Source: an uncultured Sporolactobacillaceae bacterium (GTDB taxonomy: Bacteria > Bacillota > Bacilli > Bacillales > Sporolactobacillaceae). From it: 32,000 bases of DNA. The stretch covers positions 39,086 through 71,085 of the forward strand of contig CAVYYW010000027.1 in NCBI GenBank assembly GCA_963772845.1, in the 5' to 3' direction. This document shows positions 25,660 to 32,000 of this stretch, piece by piece (within the stretch, counting starts at the first letter, position 1; each line of letters begins with the position of its first letter). Position numbers and translations under genes: made by a program. The notes beneath the pieces are model-generated. The model worked only from the letters and a program-made list of their open reading frames with translations. It was not told the DNA's origin and made no database searches.

Positions 25660-26641
25660 AGTTATCACTTGCCGTGGGGCGGAACGAGAGCCATGCTTTA
25701 ATTAAATGCGGCGCTGCAGGGTGGCATTTGGAGCCCAGCAAGAGCCGAAAACCTGAATTGAGGGCATTATAAGTTGCCGTTGGAGCCCATTGTGCCTCTG
25801 TAACTCGAAAGGATGGCCGTAAAGGAAGCGTTTAGGACCGTCTGAGACATGAAAACTCGAATAAATGGCCGTAAAGGTAGCGTTTAGGACCAACCAAGAT
25901 TCCCATTACCAACTAAATGCCGAACTGCCGGGAATGTTCGAGATTCCTCGAAAATGCTTTTTGTTTCATTACAAAAAAGAAATACCCAAGGTTCTCTTGA
26001 CCTCAAGGTATTTCCACTTTCTCATAGATTGCTTTGCCATTTTCATCGTGCGATGTGGTTCCAAAGACGTTATTCAAGTCCTGCGGAATCAGCGATCCAA
26101 GCGAGACCCCGCAGCGCAAACGTTGCCTTAAAGCGCGAGGAGGCTCGCGGATCGCCCGCGGAAAGCGAGGGTATTTCCGCTTTCAATGGATGGAAACCGC
26201 ATTTTCTTCGTGCGGTGTGAATTCAAGGATGCTGTTTCAAGTCCTACGGAACCAGCACGCGTCCGAAGATCCACTTTGGCGTACAAAGAGACCATGCCAA
26301 AGTTAGCTGAGGGCGTGCCCGTGGAAAGCGAGCAGCCTAGAGCGGCAATCAACAACCACGACGACACCGGGGGACTTTTTCAGCCGACTTTGTCGGAGCT
26401 CCACGTGCGGCTCCGCTTTTCTTTGTCTAGTTACGCTTGCCAGCCCTTCGGTTCCTTCAGAGCTAATCAGGCAAGCTCGCTTTTCGCGACTCCAGTGCTT
26501 GGGAAAGAAGTCTGTAACCATGTGCTCCTGCGTCTGCTAGTCATGCTTCGAAGCGGGATTCCTCGTCGCAACTCGTAGTCGTTCGAGATGTGATGCTCGT
26601 GCCTGTCGGAGCTGACATGTGCGACTTCGCTTTTCTTGCTA
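25660..26641. repeat. Repeat island D, which joins both module families
   Basis: 25660-25905 is a degenerate ~52-nt periodic stretch. 25940-26390 carries island-B-type modules (inverted relative to the left part of B). 26391-26641 carries island-A/C-type modules and ends on the hemQ stop codon. Confidence 0.85.
25973..26014 (-). terminator. Candidate minus-strand terminator 625 nt beyond the hemQ stop
   Basis: GAAATACC (25979-25986) pairs with GGTATTTC (26007-26014). On the minus strand it is followed by T6 (plus-strand A-run 25973-25978). The arms themselves resemble repeat-family sequence. Confidence 0.5.
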
Positions 26642-27388
26642 CTCTACGCTGAGCATTTGTGAGAAGCGCTGCGGGTCAAGGAGGACACCAGTGTAAAAGG
26701 AGCCGAATTCTCCGTACTGTGCACTGACTCTGTCAAAGCGCATTTCATATACTAGTTTCTTAAACTGAAGGACATCCTCAGAAAATAGCGTAACGCCCCA
26801 TTCCCAGTCATCAAGCCCAACCGATCCGGTGATGACCTGTTTCACTTTGCCTGCATAGCTTCGCCCAATCATGCCATGGCTTCGCATCATTTCACGGCGT
26901 TCATCCATTGACAGCATGTACCAGTTGTCATCACCATCCCGGCGCTTGTCCATCGGATAGAAAGAAGCGTATTTGGTTCTCGGCAAAATGGGCTTCAATC
27001 TAGCCTGGATGCGTGGATCCTCTGAAGGATCACTGTCTTTAGGTGCCATATAATTGCTAAGCTCAACAACGGAAACATAAGAGTAAGCAGGAATCGTAAA
27101 CGCTGCTAGCCTTGTTTTATTAAACGCTGTTTCGATATCATTAAGCTCTGCCATTGTCGGTCTCAGCCACATCAGCATAAAGTCTGCTTTTTGTCCCACG
27201 ATGGAGTAAAAGGCATAGCTGCCCTGTTTTTGCTGCATGACGGTATCCCATTTATCAAGGAAAGCATTGAATTCCTGAATCGCTGCCTCACGCTCGTCGC
27301 TCGAGACGTTTTTCCATGAAATCCAATCAATTGTCCGGAAATCGTGCAGACAGTACCATCCGTCCAGTGTTTTTGCTGCTTCAATCAT
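26639..27388 (-). CDS. hemQ: Coproheme decarboxylase HemQ/ChdC (chlorite dismutase family, YwfI)
   Basis: The protein is 249 aa with motifs [14 protein letters not shown] and [10 protein letters not shown]. It lies divergent from pta, as in B. subtilis. Confidence 0.9.
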   Translation of the reverse strand: MIEAAKTLDGWYCLHDFRTIDWISWKNVSSDEREAAIQEFNAFLDKWDTVMQQKQGSYAFYSIVGQKADFMLMWLRPTMAELNDIETAFNKTRLAAFTIPAYSYVSVVELSNYMAPKDSDPSEDPRIQARLKPILPRTKYASFYPMDKRRDGDDNWYMLSMDERREMMRSHGMIGRSYAGKVKQVITGSVGLDDWEWGVTLFSEDVLQFKKLVYEMRFDRVSAQYGEFGSFYTGVLLDPQRFSQMLSVE

Positions 27389-27534
27389 CCACTAACACTC
27401 CCTACAAAAATTCTCATTCTAAATATATCACATGAACGGGTCAACCGCGAAAGCCCTGTTTAATGCAAAAAAATGAATAAGTTTTAAAACGTGTGACGGT
27501 GGTGTAGACTAGGGTCAGTGAAGGAGGTCATATT

Positions 27535-28507
27535 ATGACGAAATTGTTCGAAAACATGAAGGCAATTGTTAAAAAAGCAAAGCCTCTGATTGTATTCCCT
27601 GAAGGAGGAGACTCGCGCATTCAGGAGGCTGCTGTAAAGCTTGCCGAAGAAGATCTCTTAACACCTATCTTAATCGGAAAGATTGAAGCCATGCCTGATC
27701 CTATAAAACGTCTGACAGAACAAGGACGCATGCAGGTCCGTTATCATTTAAATGAAGAAAAACGCGAAGAACTGGCCGAGGCGCTCGTTGCTCGCCGCAA
27801 AGGTAAAATCACGCTTGATCAGGCAACAGAATTGCTTTCTGACGAAAATTACTACGGAACCATGCTCGTTTACTCTGGTGCTGCGGATGGTCTAGTCAGT
27901 GGTGCCTGCCACTCAACGGCTAACACGGTCAGACCAGCACTGCAGATCATCAAAACCAAGCCTGGAGTGAATAAGACATCCGGAGCTTTTATTATGGTAA
28001 AAGGGGAGGAGCAGTTGGTTTTTGCAGACTGTGCCATCAATATTTCACCAACATCTGAAGAGCTTGCTGAAATTGCAATGGAAAGTGCCAGAACGGCAAG
28101 AGCTTTTGGCATTGACCCCAAGGTGGCCATGCTCAGCTTTTCAACGAGAGGTTCTGCAAAAGCGCCTGAAGCTGAAAAAGTGACAGAGGCTGTCAGAATC
28201 ATCAATGCGGGCGCCGGTTGATTTTCCTGTAGACGGCGAACTGCAATTCGATGCAGCCTATGTACCGGATGTGGCGAATAAAAAAGCGCCAAACTCTCAG
28301 CTTGAAGGGCGGGCAAATGTGTTTGTTTTTCCAAGTCTTGAAGCAGGTAACATTGGATATAAAATGGTGCAGCGGCTTGGCGGTTTTGAGGCTGTCGGAC
28401 CGATTCTTCAAGGCTTGAACCAGCCTGTAAATGATCTGTCGCGAGGATGCTCAACCGAAGACGTTTACAACCTTGCCCTGATCACAGCACGCCAAAGCAT
28501 GCAATAA
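27535..28507 (+). pseudogene. pta: Phosphate acetyltransferase, frame broken at the GGG run 28209-28211
   Basis: ORF 27535-28221 (..IVFPEGGDSRI..ADGLVSGACHSTANTVRPALQII..) stops after RIINAGAG. The +1 frame continues [19 protein letters not shown]...[12 protein letters not shown]...NDLSRGC. Removing one G restores [15 protein letters not shown]. Confidence 0.9.
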
Positions 28508-28537
28508 GAAGAACCGATGACAACTGAGCAGTGAATG

Positions 28538-28573
28538 AAAAAGCCGAAGCGGGAATACCGCTTCGGCTTTTCT
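28538..28573. terminator. Bidirectional terminator between convergent pta and the aldo-keto reductase
   Basis: AGCCGAAGCGG..CCGCTTCGGCT is flanked by an A-run upstream and a T-run downstream. Confidence 0.8.
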
Positions 28574-29581
28574 TTATTTTTGCTCTTGATATTCTTTCCG
28601 GTTAGGCGGAGCCATAAATTCTGGTCCGACCGGATCTTTAATGTTTTTCTCAAGAATGGCATCGATGTCTTTTTGTGTCTCCTCATCAATATGGAAATCC
28701 ATCATGTCGTTCACCGGTTCCACTTGCTTAGGGTTTCTGCCGCCCCACAGAGCAATGCCGGCACCGGGCTGATCAAGACTCCAGCGGACAGCCAGATCAA
28801 GGATTGATTTGCCATACCGTTCTTTTGCAAGTTTTTCAAGTTCGTCAACCGCATTTAAATATTGGCTGAAGCGCGGCTCCTGGAACTTAGGATCGACGTT
28901 GCGAAGGTCATCACCCTCGAAGGTGCGGTCTTTAGACATTTTTCCGGACAGCAGCCCGCGGCAGAGACTGCCATACAGAAGGGTGGTCATCCCGTGTTCC
29001 TCACAATAAGGCAGGATGTCTTTTTCCATCTCCCGCTCAAATAAGTTATAGGGGGGCTGCACAGTATGAAGGGGGGCAACTTTACGAAACGCGTCGAGCT
29101 GTTTGGTTGAGAAGTTGCTGACGCCAATTGCCCGAATTTTCCCAGCCTTATACAGATCATGCAACGCTTCAGCGGTTTCCTCGATTGGAACGAGAGGATC
29201 AGGCCAATGAAGCTGATAAATATCAATATAATCCAGCTGAAGACGGGAGAGGGAATCGTCAATTTCTTTCTCGATCCGTTCTCTTGAGCCGTTGCGGATC
29301 ATATCATCGCCTTCCCATTCAAGGCCAACTTTCGTAGCCACGTAAATGTCAGAACGGTTGCCTTTTTCTTTAATTGCTTTTCCGACAATCTCTTCTGAAC
29401 GGCCTTTCCCATAGCCTGGCGCTGTGTCAATCAAAGAAATGCCATTATCAATCGCCGCATGGATGGTTTTAATGGATTCTTTTTCGTCTGTTCCGCCCCA
29501 CATCGCTCCGCCAATCGCCCAGGTGCCAAGCCCAATGCGGGAGGGTTTCATACCGGTATTGCTGATTTCAATATGTTCCAT
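28574..29581 (-). CDS. Aldo/keto reductase (YhdN-like)
   Basis: The N-terminus is MEHIEISNTGMKPSRIGLGTWAIGG, followed by LIDTAPGYG and YQLHWPD. The start was chosen at ATG 29581; the ORF track extends to 29656. Confidence 0.85.
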   Translation of the reverse strand: MEHIEISNTGMKPSRIGLGTWAIGGAMWGGTDEKESIKTIHAAIDNGISLIDTAPGYGKGRSEEIVGKAIKEKGNRSDIYVATKVGLEWEGDDMIRNGSRERIEKEIDDSLSRLQLDYIDIYQLHWPDPLVPIEETAEALHDLYKAGKIRAIGVSNFSTKQLDAFRKVAPLHTVQPPYNLFEREMEKDILPYCEEHGMTTLLYGSLCRGLLSGKMSKDRTFEGDDLRNVDPKFQEPRFSQYLNAVDELEKLAKERYGKSILDLAVRWSLDQPGAGIALWGGRNPKQVEPVNDMMDFHIDEETQKDIDAILEKNIKDPVGPEFMAPPNRKEYQEQK

Positions 29582-29747
29582 TATGTGTTTCATCCTTTCA
29601 TGATTGCCTTTTGGTATCAATTCCCTCTTTTTCAAACGGTTTAAACATGAAAGCAATATATTAGACGTTTAATGGTTAAACTTGCTAACATGGTCTAAAT
29701 CAACGAAAAAGTATGAAACGTTATAAGAAAAAAGGAGGCGGAAAGCT

Positions 29748-30872
29748 ATGGAATTAGAAAAATCATTGCTTTTCAGCGCACAAAAAGTGAATGAAGATGT
29801 GATACAGAATCGCTGGGTGGTGGCACCCATGACACGAATCAGTGCGGAGGACGACGGGACCGCGAATAAGCGGATGCTGGCCTATTATGAGCGCTATGCC
29901 AAAGGCGGTTTTGGCGCCATTATCACTGAAGGAATTTATACGGATAAAAAATACAGCCAGGGTTATTTGAATCAACCGGGGCTAGCGTCAGAGGCACAAC
30001 GGGATGCCTGGAAGCCGATTGTCAAGACTGTTCAGCAGCATGAAACGAAAATGATTGCGCAGTTGATGCATGCTGGCGGGCAATCTCAGGGTAACCGATA
30101 TTCTGATGAGACCGCAGCACCATCTGCTATTCCTCCAAAAGGCGAACAGCTTGGATTTTACGGAGGGTCCGGTCCATTCATGACACCGAAAGAGATGACG
30201 AAGCAAGAGATTGATGAGGCAAAAGAGGGCTTTGTCAAAGCGGCACGCTATGCAAAGGAAGCCGGATTTGACGGTGTCGAGATACACGGGGCAAACGGCT
30301 ATCTTTTAGATCAGTTTTTGACAGATTATCTTAATAAACGTGAGGATGAATACGGCGGATCGCTCGAAAAACGGCTGCGTCTGCCTGTCGAAGTTATTCA
30401 AGCCGTCAGAAAAGAGACCGGTAAAGACTACATGGTTGGCATTCGCGTTTCTCAAGCGAAGGTAGCAGATGCCACTCATAAATGGGCAGGCGGTCAGAAA
30501 GATGCGGAGGTTATTTTTTCAGCGCTTGCCGAGGCAGGGGTGGACTATATTCATGTTACCGATGCTGATGGTGCTGCTCCTGGATTCGGTGAGGGGACAA
30601 TGACAATGGCCGAAGCAGCAAGAACCTATGGCAATGTTCGAGTGATTGCGAATGGCCAGTTAAATCAGCCTGACACTGCTTTAAAAATGATCGAAGAGGA
30701 ACAGACAGATTTTATCAGTTTAGGTACGGGTGCACTGGCAAATCCGGATTTCCCAAATCGGATGAGACAGGGTAAAGCATTCGACGAATTTAACTTCAAG
30801 GAAATCCTGCTGCCGCAAGCTGAAGTAAAAGATAAAGAACTGGAAATGCCTGTTCTTAGCGGGAGAGAATAG
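29748..30872 (+). CDS. NADH:flavin oxidoreductase of the Old Yellow Enzyme family
   Basis: The protein is 374 aa with QLMHAGG, HGANGYLLDQFL and a TIM-barrel OYE pattern. RBS AAAGGAGG lies upstream. Confidence 0.85.
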   Translation: MELEKSLLFSAQKVNEDVIQNRWVVAPMTRISAEDDGTANKRMLAYYERYAKGGFGAIITEGIYTDKKYSQGYLNQPGLASEAQRDAWKPIVKTVQQHETKMIAQLMHAGGQSQGNRYSDETAAPSAIPPKGEQLGFYGGSGPFMTPKEMTKQEIDEAKEGFVKAARYAKEAGFDGVEIHGANGYLLDQFLTDYLNKREDEYGGSLEKRLRLPVEVIQAVRKETGKDYMVGIRVSQAKVADATHKWAGGQKDAEVIFSALAEAGVDYIHVTDADGAAPGFGEGTMTMAEAARTYGNVRVIANGQLNQPDTALKMIEEEQTDFISLGTGALANPDFPNRMRQGKAFDEFNFKEILLPQAEVKDKELEMPVLSGRE

Positions 30873-30884
30873 TCGAAAGCAGAA

Positions 30885-30927
30885 AGCCAAAGACAGCGGT
30901 GATTCATACCGTGTCTTTGGCTTTTTA
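30885..30927 (+). terminator. Rho-independent terminator between convergent genes
   Basis: AGCCAAAGACA..TGTCTTTGGCT followed by TTTTT. Confidence 0.8.
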
Positions 30928-30928
30928 C

Positions 30929-31759
30929 TTATTGAAAGGCTTTAACGTTGCGGTCCACCATTCTTTGATAATTCACGTCATAGCGGAGACGTTCTTCTGC
31001 TGTCAGCTCAGTGGACGTGTAGACGGCGCCGAACTGCTGCAGGGATTGAATGACTTGATTCATCAGCTGAGGGACAGTGATTGGCTGGCCGCTTAATTCA
31101 CTGAGTGAAGCCATCGTCTCGGGACGGATGGTTGGATAAACAAAACGGGTTTCTTCGCCTCGAACGCCTGCATCGTAAAAGTTCTTAATCAATGAGGCGC
31201 GGTCTGAACCGCTTCCATCTGCACACAAATAAATTTGAACGGCAACACCATGTCTGAGCCGGCGCTGGGAAATACCAGCGAATTTTCGGCCGTTAATGCT
31301 TAAGTCGTAGCGGCCAGGGCAGTAAGACCCCTCGATTTCTTTATCCTCAAAAGACAGACCATAAGGTTCAAGCAATTTTTTTATTAAAAAAACCATGGCC
31401 TCATAGCCATCATCTATGGAGATTGTATTATTTTGTTCAGGAAAGATCAGCGAAAGATTAAGCACGCCTTCATCTAGCACGACGGCAAGCCCGCCTGAAT
31501 TACGGACCACATAATGGTAACCTGCTTGTTTCAGTACATCCAGACCTTCTTGAAGAAAAGGCAGCCGTGTATCCTGTATGCCGAGAATAACCGTTTGGTG
31601 ATGGACCCAGGATCGAGCCGTACAGCCGGATTCTCCATGGCCGACTGAGTAGCAGAGGGTATCGTCTATCGCAAAGGATTGTTTTGCTTCAAATGCCTTT
31701 CCAAGAGCGGACTGGTCAATCACCCGCCAGATCGGCTGTTCCAATAAATGTGACATCAT
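30929..31759 (-). CDS. lipL: Octanoyl-[GcvH]:protein N-octanoyltransferase LipL (YwfL-like, lipoate-protein ligase family)
   Basis: The BPL/LPL catalytic-domain pattern is present ([41 protein letters not shown]). The start at ATG 31759 follows AAGGAGA. The ywf synteny supports the call. Confidence 0.8.
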   Translation of the reverse strand: MMSHLLEQPIWRVIDQSALGKAFEAKQSFAIDDTLCYSVGHGESGCTARSWVHHQTVILGIQDTRLPFLQEGLDVLKQAGYHYVVRNSGGLAVVLDEGVLNLSLIFPEQNNTISIDDGYEAMVFLIKKLLEPYGLSFEDKEIEGSYCPGRYDLSINGRKFAGISQRRLRHGVAVQIYLCADGSGSDRASLIKNFYDAGVRGEETRFVYPTIRPETMASLSELSGQPITVPQLMNQVIQSLQQFGAVYTSTELTAEERLRYDVNYQRMVDRNVKAFQ

Positions 31760-31936
31760 ACTTGTCTCCTTATTCATGCTTCCGAAATTTATTATAGCAA
31801 ATCCGTCAAACGGTCTCAGCAAAAGAAGGGATTGGCGGCGGTTAAACCGAATTTTTGTTTAGAGAAGTGCTTCGCCTGTTTTCAACATAAAGAGGAGAGG
31901 CTATAATAGTCACATGTCAGAACAGGAAGTGAAAAA

Positions 31937-32000
31937 ATGACGCAAGTATTTGATCAGCTTGATGAAGAAAAAGTATTCAAGGACCCTGTCCATCGTTATA
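31937..32000 (+). CDS. N-terminal fragment of an HD-domain protein (YwfO-like), continuing past the window end
   Basis: MTQVFDQLDEEKVFKDPVHRY. The KVFKDPVH..I motif is typical of the N-terminus of HD phosphohydrolases. RBS AGGAAGTG lies upstream. Confidence 0.6.
   Translation, partial: MTQVFDQLDEEKVFKDPVHRY

Noticed and set aside
24423-26578. ORFs inside islands C and D (24423-24719, 24509-24694, 25702-25893, 25865-26131, 25954-26220, 26034-26306, 26128-26367, 26186-26578, 26303-26521)
   Set aside because: They are overlapping repeat-derived open frames on both strands, with no RBS and composition typical of the repeats.
6258-26641. The islands as insertion sequences, MITEs with a resident transposase, or prophage remnants
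   Set aside because: No transposase, integrase, RAYT or phage-like ORF exists anywhere in the window. I could not define a single pair of terminal inverted repeats with target-site duplications for a whole island. Non-autonomous mobility remains possible but is not demonstrated.
27870-28454. A 194-aa ORF antisense to pta
   Set aside because: It lies entirely within the well-conserved pta coding sequence on the opposite strand. It has no RBS and no recognisable domain, which is typical of a shadow ORF.
29657-29747. TTAGAC...GTCTAA inverted repeat in the divergent promoter region between the aldo-keto reductase and the OYE gene
   Set aside because: The arms are only 6 bp and are separated by 26 nt. 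There is no adjacent regulator gene, and the feature is indistinguishable from chance.

Overview
This looks like a Bacillaceae chromosomal segment, about 45% GC by eye, with B. subtilis ywd-ywf-like synteny: ywdK-like DUF423, gerQ, hemQ, pta, lipL and a ywfO-like HD protein. Most of the window is ordinary housekeeping or accessory metabolism. It includes a YtrA-type GntR regulator with ABC transporter genes, several oxidoreductases, a YeeE/YedE sulfur-compound transporter, and two tandem LysP-type permeases, the first behind a clear lysine (L-box) riboswitch. It also includes a TerC protein, an amidase, FdhD and PheA. I see no transposase, integrase, CRISPR-cas, phage or recognisable defence genes. 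The unusual content is non-coding. Four intergenic islands (about 6258-7812, 15600-17100, 24220-24763 and 25660-26641) total about 4.6 kb, roughly 14% of the window. They are built from one shared mosaic of short repeat modules, with tandem arrays of about 52, 77 and 45-60 bp period, long imperfect palindromes and nested insertions. The same terminal module, in the same orientation, ends on the TAG stop codon of gerQ and of hemQ. It does the same for the Hsp20 gene if a 1-nt homopolymer error is assumed. For all four flanking minus-strand genes, the first canonical terminator lies 540-910 nt beyond the stop, so the repeats are probably transcribed as long 3' UTRs. Separately, at least four genes (an ABC ATPase, an aldo-keto reductase, pta and a membrane protein), and possibly hsp20, carry 1-nt frameshifts at short homopolymers. 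This pattern looks more like assembly indel error than real decay. All homology calls come from reading the translated ORFs; no database search was possible.
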